Shown: positions 11,742 to 23,439 of the stretch, piece by piece
Layout of the letters: each line of letters starts with the position of its first letter
Position numbering within the stretch: position 1 is the first letter of the stretch
Source of the DNA: Eledone cirrhosa
Taxonomy: Eukaryota
DNA: 64,000 bases
Direction: 5' to 3'
NCBI GenBank assembly: GCA_964016885.1
Contig: OZ024740.1
Span: forward strand, 349,122,001 to 349,186,000
Made by a program: the position numbers and the translations under genes
Notes under the pieces: model-generated
What the model was told of the DNA's origin: nothing
Seen by the model: only the letters and a program-made list of their open reading frames with translations
Databases searched by the model: none

Positions 11742-12764
11742 CTAATGCAGCCTCATTATGTGGGCGTTAAGGGCCCTTCTGCTGACATTTAGCCATTCGG
11801 ATATTGGAGACTTGAGTTTCTTAACCGCAAGGATATTTTGTTGACATGATCTAGCTGAAAATCCTCTCTGGTGATTCTGCTTTCAAACATATATATATAT
11901 ATAAATGCTTTCTTGAGTTTGGGAAAATTACGCATTTAGTCATATTAGCGGCGCGATGTCAGCAGTATCGCCGACTACACACTACGAAATACTCAGAGTT
12001 ACTTCATTTAGCGTCCATTAAAATAGAAACACGATGCCTCACAAACGATATGGAGGACGTTTTTGTTTCTCCTCGACCAAATCCAACAGGAACTCCTATC
12101 GGCTGCCTCTGATATTGCCTTTAGGTCTTTGGACCTCCTCTTCCCAGAGACTGAACATTATTTCATGAGATTGTAGGCAGATTTGCCCACAAAGTCGCCG
12201 GTTCCAATCTCCGTGGCGAGAAGTTTGACTCGGAACTCGGCTTCCCTCAGGCTGTTGGACACACTGGCATAATTTCCGGTCTTTAATTCGCGTACGTTTA
12301 ATCTACTTTCATATGACATGATTAGTTCAGTCAAAATCAGCTGTTATAATGAATTGGAATGGAATACGATATCCAGGATCAAACCAACATTTCGGATGAT
12401 TTCTGGTTGTTTCGCTGATCCTCAGAGGTCTCCTGTACACTTCCAGTCGTTCGATATATTCGTGTCTATAACATAGCGAGAAACAGAATATCACAGAATA
12501 TACTGAGTTGCATAATATTGCTTGGAGAAATATTATTATGAAATGAAATCATTAGATGTGAAACGTAGTTACTGACATTATAAAACCAACACTATAAAAA
12601 TATATACGGTTGCTATTATATATGCTACCTTTATATAAATACTAAGACACAACATAAAACGTTAATCTAGGATAAAATAAAACACGAAGTATCAAGTTCA
12701 GAGATTTAACAAAATAAAAGTTGAAGAATTGAATACAAAAGCAATGTTCCTGTCGTATATGTTT

Positions 12765-12770
12765 TTTATT
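12765..12770 (-). terminator. Putative poly(A) signal of IL-17 gene 2 (equivalents at 26365-26370, 32885-32890, 41965-41970)
   Basis: AATAAA followed ~25-45 nt later by a U/GU-rich tract, in a block conserved 0.8-1.0 kb downstream of the stop codon in four paralogs. Confidence 0.5.
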
Positions 12771-13797
12771 AAAATAGAAACAAAAGAATATTATAATGAT
12801 TTGTTTTAAGTGAAAAAGTATAAATGTACATACAAAAAATATTTTTCCATATATTATACACATATGAGAGATTTTGACTTCCTATGCACCTGTCTATGCC
12901 ACAGACTCTCACATCGGAATTAATACTTAATTTATCAATCTAGAGATTTGAACCCGGAATATAACAGCACGTAACTCAATACGATAAAATATTTTATTTA
13001 TTGTTACACTAATTCTGAAATTTCCAACACCTATTTGTAGTATATAACAATAATAGAGGTAGGTGTGTTAAACTTCAGCAGGTAGATTTGAAATCTGTTA
13101 AATCACGAATATATTTACGAAGTCACAATAACTAAGATGAGTAAATATTAATTGAATATCCCTCATTAAATCGCTATTACATATAGGTCGTTCATATTGG
13201 TCTAAATTGATGTATATATATATATATGTATAAATGCATCTATATACATGAAACTAACCAGTTTATTCAAAACTAAAAGTATTCTATGTCGAATGAATAG
13301 AAGTAAAGATCCACACACACGTAGCCAGATCAGCGCCTATGGTGGTGAGTAGGAAGGTAGGCCTAGGGCCAAGGACACCAGAGGTCTACATTTCTAGGGG
13401 CTCGACTGCAAACCTGTCGGAAAATGACCGATACGTAGAGAGTTTACCCTACTCAGCCCCTATTGCATAAGAGCCTGGGTTAGTTGCAGACTGCAGCAGG
13501 TTGCCTGTAAAGTCGTATATGTGGGACCTAAATTTTGGCAATAAATTTTTGGAATAAATGTTGGTACAACATATCAAAATCAAGTATTAAATTTGAGACT
13601 CTAAATTTCTGTTAATATGATATCATCGCTTCAATATCACATACATATATATTTATGAACTATATATGTATGTCATGTTAAAGAATGTCAAAATATATAC
13701 AACTATTATAATAACCACATGGTGGCCAACAAACTTTCATAATATTATGAATACATTTAGCGTTACAACGCAGTTTAAAATTTGGTAGTTGATTGTT

Positions 13798-14325
13798 TTA
13801 CGACACATAATCGTTTCCATTTCCCTCAGTTATTACATCAACTTTCCGTGCACAAACACAGGCTGTTGCCACATCTATTACACTTGGACTATACACATAC
13901 AGACCATCAACACATTTATCTGTACGTTTGAGGACTGTCATTTTAGTAGACACTGCCACACATTGGTGATTGTTGTCAGAGCCTAGACAGTCTGTACAAC
14001 GACACACTACTTCTGTACGTGATGGAGGGAAGACTGTTGAATTATGGGTAATCTTCAGGTACCAAGGGCAAGTTGAACGTTCACTGATGATATCAGAGGA
14101 AACAGCAGATGTTGGACAAGTTTTATCTCCATCTGTGAGTATAGGATGATTACTTTCTGCTGGAGCCATTTCAGCCGGTAGAAAGAAATTGTTGCCAATG
14201 GCTGCACTGGACAGGCTCTCGTAGCGGACTTTCAAATCAGTGGGTATTTCACATTGGGTGTGGATTGGTAACGAAGACATGGTGAAGATGTAATTGAACA
14301 TCACAATTACAATCTGAAGAAGAAC
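13798..14325 (-). CDS. IL17: IL-17-like cytokine, gene 2 (subtype B), exon 2
   Basis: VLLQIVIVMFNYIFTMSSLPIHTQCEIP...ERSTCPWYLKITHNSTVFPPSRTEVVCRCTDC...HQCVAV...VLKRTDKCVDG...VATACVCARK. Acceptor tttctttag| at 14326. Confidence 0.92.
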   Translation of the reverse strand, partial: VLLQIVIVMFNYIFTMSSLPIHTQCEIPTDLKVRYESLSSAAIGNNFFLPAEMAPAESNHPILTDGDKTCPTSAVSSDIISERSTCPWYLKITHNSTVFPPSRTEVVCRCTDCLGSDNNHQCVAVSTKMTVLKRTDKCVDGLYVYSPSVIDVATACVCARKVDVITEGNGNDYVS

Positions 14326-15559
14326 CTAAAGAAAGAAGAATATATTTTAGACAAATGGGGTAGCTTACATTTAACGTGACTGTAATTCATCGTGATAAAA
14401 ACAATGTAAGATTAATAAAGTTATCTAGAAATAGATATGAAGCTAATAGAAACTATGTGAAGGGTTTATTGTATATATTAAATGAGCGGTTAAAAGCAGT
14501 CATATTATTTACAATATACTTTTTTGCTGATAAGATGTAAAAGAATACACCAGACGGTGTATTTATTTCAGGCGAGATAGAAGGAAAGTAAGAGAAAAGG
14601 AAGGGAAGTATAATACAATTGGAGGTGTTAGAGGCGACATATAGAAGCGGAAGTTCGCAAGTAAACAATTCAGTTCTACTTGTTGACGTACCGTGTGTAG
14701 TGACTAAAATTTAGCGACATTCAGAGATATTATAACTGTATTAATATTGGAGTTTTGAAATTAATGTCATATTTCTGTCTATCATTCTAGGTTTCCTGAT
14801 GTAAAGTAAGCTAAAATGTTTTAATGTGTAATTTATTTGAATAGACATGTATAAAACATGCAGGATACTTTCCCTCCATTTCACAATTCTATTAAATTAT
14901 GAGTAGCGATCATTCTGTCTACAATTTGACTGGATATGATTATGTTATGTTATTTGTAAAACTATCGCACCATACGTATAAAATAAAAGTAAATATAAAA
15001 ATATAAATTGCATATGTTTCTTCCTACCATAATTTGAAAAGAATACAACATAAAATACACACATAAAATTTAATATAATATCTACAAACATAAATGCAAC
15101 AACACAGTGTGTTGAAATAAATTTGTGTTGATTTTTCTATATATATCGAAAAACAAAAACAGTTAAATCATGTACTAAGTATATAAGTAGAGAAGAAGCA
15201 TATTAATTTTATAGAAAGATCACTTCAATGGGGCTAGAACTGCTTCATTCATATGAAATCATCAGGAGTGTCCTGATCTGTTCATACGAATGCAACAGTT
15301 CGAAACCTATAGGAGTATTTTTTATAAACATATTATATATATACATATTCTAAGGACATGATTTATGATATATTGCTCTGATTATTTAATTTATTAATTC
15401 TTCATAGAGCTACAACGTGACCGGTTGCAACATGATGACTTTATGTTTATGTATATGTAAACCTTTATATTTAATAATCTCCCGTCACGATTCTTATCCA
15501 TTTTTTAATCTATTTTTGGCGCGATCACTTTGGAAAACTAAATGTCTAATTTTGAGTTT

Positions 15560-15638
15560 GTCTCCTGATGAATCAGATACTCCAGACATATTTTATTAAT
15601 TGGATGTCTAAAAATACGGATGAAACCATGGTAGAGAT
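15560..15638 (+). ncRNA. Type I hammerhead ribozyme motif in the intron of IL-17 gene 2 (antisense to the gene)
   Basis: GTCTC-CTGATGA-ATC...AGACAT...ATGTCT...GAT-GAAA-CCATGG-TA-GAGAT. The core is complete, stem I is 5 bp, stem II is closed by ATC/GAT, stem III is palindromic, and the cleavage triplet is GUA. Confidence 0.7.
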
Positions 15639-15894
15639 ATAATTACGGTATGTACACATTTCTTCTAAGTTTGAATTTGCACCTAATTGTGTATGGTTGG
15701 TGGTATATTTAGTCAGTTTCTACACGCTGTCGAAATGTTGGATAAATACTCTTTCGGTTATTTGTCGGAAATTTCTTCATAAGAGCCTTTATTCTTATAG
15801 CTTGGTCTAATTGATTTTTTATATGGTTAATTATGCTAATTGGGAGAGGAAATGGTATATATTTTATCTAATAATTCTAAGGACATGATTTATG

Positions 15895-15919
15895 TTATAT
15901 ATATATGTATGTATATATA

Positions 15920-15965
<46 letters not shown>

Positions 15966-16119
15966 TTTATATATATATATATATATGAATATATATATAT
16001 ATATATGTATGTATGTATGTGTATATATATATATACATGTGTGTGTGTGTGTGTGTGTATCAGTGTGTGCATTTTTGTGATTTTTTTGCATCTATATAAA
16101 TATATATATATATGTGTGT

Positions 16120-16187
<68 letters not shown>
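15895..16187. repeat. Compound (TA)n/(TG)n microsatellite
   Basis: Seen directly; expanded version at ~45186-45565. Confidence 0.95.
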
Positions 16188-16189
<2 letters not shown>

Positions 16190-16364
16190 AAAATATATGT
16201 GAAGACTAAAATCTGAGGATTATATATATAAATATATATGTATATAAACCCGTAGAGTAAATATTTATTATAAGCACAGATTAAAGTTTAAGCAAAGAAT
16301 AGCTGCTTTCACCCTAAACGTCATCTTCTGACATATTTATAAACATTAGTACATACAATAATAT

Positions 16365-16518
16365 ATAATTGCTTCTACTTTTAGCACCAGGCCAGCAACT
16401 ATTCCAGTGCATTACTGGTGTTTTATTTTATCAACCCCGTAAGGATGACAAAGAAACTTAGTGGGATTTGAACCCAGATCATAAAGGGCCGTAACACTAT
16501 GCTGCAAAGCATGACGTA
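16365..16518 (-). mobile_element. Degenerate SINE adjacent to the gene 2 splice donor
   Basis: Similar to 879-1030; copy at ~45745-45897. Confidence 0.7.
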
Positions 16519-16539
16519 ATATAAATTAAATGTACTTAC

Positions 16540-16554
16540 TTTAGTTATCATCAT
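16540..16554 (-). CDS. IL17: IL-17 gene 2 coding micro-exon 1 (MMITK)
   Basis: ATGATGATAACTAAA|GTAAGT, phase 0. Confidence 0.8.
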
Positions 16555-16677
16555 TATACGACTTGGTAAATTCGAATTGGATAAATAGGATCGCTGAAAT
16601 TTTACAAATAATATCTGAATGATTCAACTTCTCAGGTGATGTACGTTCTCATCAATGATATCTGCTGTCAAGTGTTC

Positions 16678-16962
16678 TTTTCTTATATGTTGTTTTAATT
16701 CCGGAAGGGAAATTTTTGATATGACGTTACACATAGTGTAATTTGGATGTTTTAAAAATTGAAATGCGGATATAACTTATAAATATATGCTGTGAGACTA
16801 AAACCCGTATTTTTTACCCACCTACCGGAATTATACGAAGTTTATATGAACTACATAGGAGGAGGTAAATTTCCTAGGGAATACAACTTATTTGAATTAA
16901 TCATTATTTGTTTACATGTAGCTAAAGTCCAGTGAGTGGTAGGTAGTTTCCATTGATACACA
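16678..16962 (-). promoter_or_regulatory. Putative promoter of IL-17 gene 2
   Basis: TATA-like CATATAAG, CCGGAAG, GGGAAATTTT (partial kB-like), TGACGTTA (CRE-like), GGAGG..GTAAA, TAATCATT..TTT.TTTAC and AGTTTCCATTGATA. Collinear with 2765-3060. Confidence 0.5.
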
Positions 16963-18629
16963 TGTAGCTGAAAGAATAATAAATTCTCTTCGCTAGTATT
17001 TCTATTTTTAGTACCTTTTTCTTTAATACAACAATATATGTTTAGATATCTTAAAAATAAGTCATTGTTAAAGCGAGAATATTTTCATTTAAGTAATGCT
17101 TTAATAGTAAGTGAGAGTATTATTAACCATGTTACAACTACTTGAATTAGGATTTTGAAGTAGTGCCGCATAGAATGTTACTGTTGTAATGTGTATTAAC
17201 CGCAAATAATTCAAATTTCGTTTTGTAAATACTTAATAAGTCTGTTTATAATTGATCATAGCATAGAGAATCGTGTAAACAACCACATTTTATGAAAGTA
17301 AAAGCAGTAAAAAAAAGAAGATTGAGAGGAGAGAGAGAAGGACAAGACAGGAATTAAAGGGATAAAACGTATAGCAGATGACTAGAAATGTATTGACGTT
17401 GAGAAGTAAGAAGGGAATTACCAGTGGAGAAATGAAAAAGCAACGTTTTATAAAGTACACAGACAAAAACAAAGGCGTCAGAATCACCTCATCTGGTATC
17501 AAATAACCGCATAATTCACCCGATCAGGGAGTATCATGCATTTATGCTCGCCCACGCAACATAATAAATATTTCTGTTGGTGGGACACCTGATTCCGTCA
17601 GCCCAGTCACACTGTCAGCTCAAACAGAAGTGCTATATCCGCCATAATTTCAACACATTAACACTCATATTTGCATGTCACACAAGTCAAAACATAAAAC
17701 CAAATATCTATTGGCTTAAATTATATACAAAAGAATGAACACACTTTGTTTACTCTGGACGAAAATGTATTGACGTTTCGCACCATGGGATGACAAAGCC
17801 TTCAATGGTGCGAAAAGGTGATACATTTTAATAAAAGTAATGCAAGTTGAGAAAGTGTGGTGCTATGAAAAAAAATGACGATAAATACAAACATATTTGT
17901 AAAAAGTAAACAGAAATAACAAAGCAAACGGCACAGTACAGTGAAGAAATATATTAGTTTAACTTTTGAAATAACAGGAAAAGAGTCTGAACGTTTTGAC
18001 CACTAGTCCTTCATCAGCAGATAGAATGACAAATAAAAGAAGAAATTGAAAGATGAAGAGTGACAAGAAGGAAATGCAGATATAAACAGCTAAGGTAAAC
18101 AATGCTTAATCTAGTACAAGAGAGATTAATTAGTATATATTAATATTTCATACACATAACATGCATGCGCGACATTAGATTTCGGTGTCCAATTATAACC
18201 ATGACTGTATAGTGGAGGAGCCTTTCCAAATCTGACCTTATTCGCCAGGCATTAGGACAAAATTGAAAGACAAACCGTTACTTTACGAAATGTGGTCATA
18301 TTTCCTGAAGAGTTCCCTCAAGAATAAAGTTGGGTAATTCTCAAAATAAATCTTAAATTATAATGGCTACATGCTTTGAAACGATGTCTATGTATATATA
18401 ATATGTGCGTGACTTAAGCTGCAAGTTATTTTAAAAAGACACTAAAGGAGCTCGTTATAATACGGAAAATGTATATCATAAAGTATTTGTCTTTAAGAAA
18501 AACAAGAGAGATAATCCTCTCTGGGAAATATACATATGGAACATCTAAATATGTTGACAAACCTAAACATATATAAAACTATTATAAGAAATATTTTTAT
18601 CCCCAAAGTTCAATAATATGAATACATTT

Positions 18630-19951
18630 TGTGTTACACACAGTTAAAGGTCTGTTGGTTCTTTTTGTGAGTCACAATCATTTTCATGTCTTTCAGTTAT
18701 CACAATATTTCGTGCACAAAAACAAACTATGGTTACATCTATCACAGACTATACACATACCAACCATCAACATATTTGTATGTTTGAGTACCGTCATGTT
18801 AGTAAATACACTTACTTATAATGTACGAAAATAAAGGAAGAAAAAAGAGAAAGATACGGAAAAATGAAGTAGAGTAAGTAAATAGCGGGGGTAACAGACT
18901 CTACAACCCAGTGAGGGTGGTATATCTCTACAGCGTCAATTAGACAAAATGACGAAGGCATTGGAGTGGAGTAAAGAAAGCGATAATCGTTGCATCAATA
19001 AATTCTCCCTAAATGGCATAATTTTTTCCTAAACAGTGCGGGCAATGAGAACACCAGCCGTCTCGACGGTAACAGGTACTTCTTTCCTCAGCGCTACAGG
19101 TAGCAGTCACAGGATTTATGGCCGAAACGACCCGGTTGGAAGCAGAGATTAGAGATTTACGTCAGTCAACGGGAACTGGTTTATCCCGTCTGGGCCTTTA
19201 CCATCACTATGGTCCTGGCCGAACAGGCTCCAATTTTGACTATTCTCAAGTAAGCAATTTTATTTTCAAATATAACACAGACTGTGTAGCATATGGAGTG
19301 TACGGTATCCGAACACAGATTATACTGAATTATGGAGGGAAATCCATACTGTAAATTAAATTCTTTTTATATGAAATTGGAAAATTACATTTTCAAATTA
19401 TATAAAATAATAAATCATTATAGATACAGGTAGAAAAGCCCCCGTTCGGGTGGTTTTCTGCTAGCATGTATTGATATTATACGCAAATATTATATATAGG
19501 AATATTTATGTTTAATCAACAACTACGAAATTTAGTACATAAATTATGTAATATTCATTAATTATTTATTGAAAGTAATCCAATTTATTTTACTAACGAG
19601 ATAAAAAAATATATTCAGGACACAATCCCGCACTCCTCCCTTTATTATATTATGACAGAATATGATTGGCAGTATCCCGCCGAGGTTAACTTTGCATTTC
19701 ATCCTTACATGGTCGATAAAATAAAGTCCAGTTAATTGCTGAGTTAATTGCTGGTCTTGTGCCAAAAGTAGAAACAATTATATTATGATAGAATGAGCCT
19801 ATTTCATCTGCTTTGACTTGCACATGCACACATAAACAGGTACACACCTACCTGCCCACCAACATATATATAAGGATGTAGATATTAATACATACAGAAA
19901 TATATGAGATATCATCACTAATTTAAGTTTACTTACGTTAGCTAACATCAT
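18630..19951 (-). pseudogene. IL17: IL-17 pseudogene (subtype A-like): frameshifted 3' part of exon 2 (~18670-18812) plus intact micro-exon (19937-19951)
   Basis: Remnant reads SVFTNMTVLKHT/VDGWYVYS/VIDVTIVCFCARNIVITE with frameshifts. The 5' part of exon 2 and the acceptor are deleted. Exon 1 is ATGATGTTAGCTAAC|GTAAGT, and the intron remnant aligns with gene 1's intron. Confidence 0.8.
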
Positions 19952-20039
19952 TATACTTCTTCACGTGGAAATGGAAGAAGGAAAGAAAGTGTAAGATATA
20001 TTTGTACAAATATAACCAGAGTGACTTTTGTCTAAGTGA

Positions 20040-20725
20040 ATAAAGGAGCTAAATGAGTAAAGGAGGAAGGGAGCTGTCTGGTCAATGGAATTACTGATAC
20101 TTTGTACATCGACCGTAATGGAAGTTGAACTCATTGAATCACACAGAAGAGAAACTAGGACTAAAAACAACAGATAAAGTATATAATATATCGTTTACAA
20201 GTGACAGTGTATAAATGTATGTATATGTGGTGTGGTAAATAAATACATCAGGTCCGAACACAATCGAACCAAACTCCCCCTGTCACTACCTCCGTCTCTT
20301 TCGCTCTCCTTATTTCTCACTATTATAAGAAAATATGGTCCACAGCTGGCCGCCCCGCGGCCCGGCGGACAGAACAGGGAATGTTTTCCCCCAGTGGATA
20401 GTGAGGGAGACACACTGGAAGAGGCCTTCCATCACGCGACACTCACACCTGCGGATACCGATAGAGGTGCGTAGGGAGCCAAGGAGACCAGAAGTCTCCT
20501 GCTCGAAGTCAAACCTGTCGGAGAGCAACCGATATTTGGAGAGTTTGACCTCATCGGCCCGAAGTGCAGCAGGCTGCACAAAGGTTGCGGCCTCGATCTA
20601 GGAGGTGAAGCCTGCAGCGTCCAAGCCATGCTTTATGACCTCGTTGAGGGAAGCATGGCATGGAAAGCGGCCGATACTGGAGCAGCAGAACAGCCAATGG
20701 GAGCCCAAGTAGTCTACGATGGATC
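20040..20725. mobile_element. Unclassified interspersed insertion separating the pseudogene's exon 1 from its TATA region
   Basis: Absent at the equivalent position of other paralogs. The GC-rich part (CAAACCTGTCGGA...GAGAGTTT.ACC) is related to 13321-13528 and ~42520-42720. Confidence 0.5.
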
Positions 20726-20754
20726 AGTGTATTAAAGATATATACTGTAATATC

Positions 20755-21020
20755 TTTTTTTTTATTAATATACAATTTTTGAAACCGGAATGGAAAGTCC
20801 GATATAAAATTACATACAGCATTTGTTTGAACGTATGAATGAACCACGGACGGAACGAAGAATTATCTCGTGCGATAATGAGTCTATAATATATACTTAA
20901 TGCCTCCTCTCGTATGGGAGGAGTAAAAGTAGCCAGTATAAAGCACTTGTTCACTTTAATCATTGTTTATTTACACCTAATTGCAAAAATTCGGGTGTAG
21001 TAAATAATTTTCATTGATAA
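20755..21020 (-). promoter_or_regulatory. Promoter module of the IL-17 pseudogene
   Basis: Collinear with 2765-3060 (GAAACCGGAA, CGGAAC.AAGAATTATCTCGTGCGATAATGA, TATGGGAGGAGTAAA, CACTTGTTCACTTTAATCATTGTTTATTTACACC). The TATA is altered. Confidence 0.55.
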
Positions 21021-21569
21021 GCAAAATTAAGAAATAAATAAATAAACAATTAAACAAATACTACATAAATTATCATCTCTCTTCCGTAGCATATATATTT
21101 CCGTAGCATCCTAATAATAAATATCTGGTAAGCTTGCGAAGTCTTTCAGTTAAAGCTCCCATAGTTATAAGGTAGGAAAGAAAGGCCATCTTGTAGGATA
21201 GGATTCTACATTGAAAGACACAAGCGTCTTCATTTCCGAATAGTGGTTGGCAAAAAACATGAAATTATGATCTTTGAAACGTAAAATATATTAAATATTA
21301 TGTAGGAAAAATATGTTCATTGCTTTAAAACTATTCTATACAATTTTATAAGAAGAAATACAAAATAATGCATTATTATAAAAAGTATAGTAAACAAGAT
21401 ACTTTAATATAGTAAATACCAAATATAAATAAATAAACCATTAATTAGATAATAAATTAACAAATATAATCAATCTCTGATTTGAAACATAGTTCTGATT
21501 TACAGTGGGAGATAATGGTTTCTTATATAGGGACATTGCCAGAAATTTGGGGGAGGGAATAGTCGATTA

Positions 21570-21722
21570 AATCGACCTCAGTGCGTGACTGGTACTTTAT
21601 TTTATCGACCCCGTAAGGATGAAAGGCAAAGTTAACCTCGGCTGGATTTGAACTCAGATCATAAAGGGCCGTAACTCTATGCTGCAAAGCATGGCGTCCG
21701 ACCCTCTACTGATAGTGCCAAA
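21570..21722 (-). mobile_element. tRNA-derived SINE
   Basis: Similar to 920-1055. Confidence 0.8.
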
Positions 21723-23439
21723 CCTGACATCTGTATAGTAGTCCTGCTTGTAATTTCAAATATATTTTGAAGTAGTTTTTTTAATTAGAATATCCTTATA
21801 ATAGTATTCGGTTAATATACTCAGGAATTTGACATGAAACTAACATGGTGTGAATAATTCACAATACGTTTCCGAGAGTTTTTACAATATAGTATATTAA
21901 AAACAGAGTTTATTTAATAATACATATATTTGTATGTGTATTGTATTTCTATGATACACGTATTTCTTATTGGTTATATACATATATGTGTGTGGTAGTT
22001 CACTGTCATATATTAGGTGTTATACTCCGACATCGACAGTAAACATATGCATGTATTCATTTTGTTGTGGGCAGCAGTGAACAACAAAATAATCGAATAT
22101 AATAATTGAAAATAAAATACGAACAAAAATAAGAAGCAAAATGTTACAAACAAGGTAAAATATGAAATGTAATCCCAAAATATTTCTAAATAAAAAGCGG
22201 AGCGCTGAACCATTCCATGATAATTCCCAGAGAAGTAGGAAGATAGCCATTATGCTAGCGTAACCTAGAAGTATAGGTAGATAGCTATTAAGCCAACGTA
22301 AAAAAGTATCAATATTTCAAATATTCTAAGGAAAAGGTAGAAACAAATCTTAATGCAGAACCATCACATAGACACAATTAATTATAAAGGTAAAAAATAT
22401 TTTAAAAAAAAGGTTAATAAGAAGGTAATCTGTAGAATGAGATAACTGACTGCATCCTTTCTGACTAATATATTGACGTGTTATAAACATACCTACAACA
22501 GTACTTTAAATTGCTGTCAGCAAGATAATTTCTAACATGCCTAGCCAGAATTAGTAGCAAATACACGGATGCACTCCAATTATGGTTTTAATATGACTGG
22601 AACGAAAATCTTAGTTCTGTAATTTGACATGAGATATGTTGAAATATATTGTGCTGTTGCTCTTTATTGTCTTGTATAACATTTGGAGGGCTGTTGTGTT
22701 AACCTGTGCTCAAATGGCGTTTTAGTAGACCTACGAATAACAACATTCCAGCAATGTACGTGATGCTGTTTTTTCAAATATAGTGAGACTCATACTATAT
22801 AATATCTACTTAAAATACAGGATAACCATCTCTTTAAAATACAGCATAGCAAGGAATATTGATACAGCATCCTCATGGCATTTACTCGGAAAATAATATG
22901 GATCGACAAAAGATTCGTCAAGCAACCAGATGGAATAAGTAAATTGACCTTCTGATTGGAAAATGTTAAAAACTATATGATTATATGACAAGATATGAAT
23001 GAAAGTTAATACAAGAAGTATACAAATCTGCTATTTATGAATGCTAAGAATGCAACAGAATGTGAGTCTGTGTGTGTCGATTTTGTGTGAATGGGATTGA
23101 GAAATTAACATTTTGATAGTTTAAAGATAATAACAGTTTCGGTGTTGATTTGAGATATTAGACCAGAATGTAAGAAATATCATTACTATAGAATGCAATG
23201 CTAAATATGTATTAATAGAAGTACTAAATGTCAATTCTAATAGCCAATAATAATATATCACAAGGTGAATATTTTAAGAGATTATTTAGTGCCAGTTGCG
23301 CTAGCCATGAAATTTATAACACAAAAGAGTGCCTTACATATACCTTGTTGAGTAAAATGATTCATAGATTACCTGAGAATTTTGGATTGAGTAAAATTCG
23401 TTGAAATAGCCAATGCCTTTATCATATATAACAGGTTTA

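Noticed and set aside
12383-12432. Minus-strand CUGAGGA...CCGAAAUGUUGG as another hammerhead
   Set aside because: Stem II and stem I pair poorly; too degenerate to call.
13789-13986. Plus-strand ORFs overlapping IL-17 exons and LINE ORFs (e.g. 42981-43178, 50034-50459, 50724-51236)
   Set aside because: Antisense shadows of real coding frames with no independent motifs.
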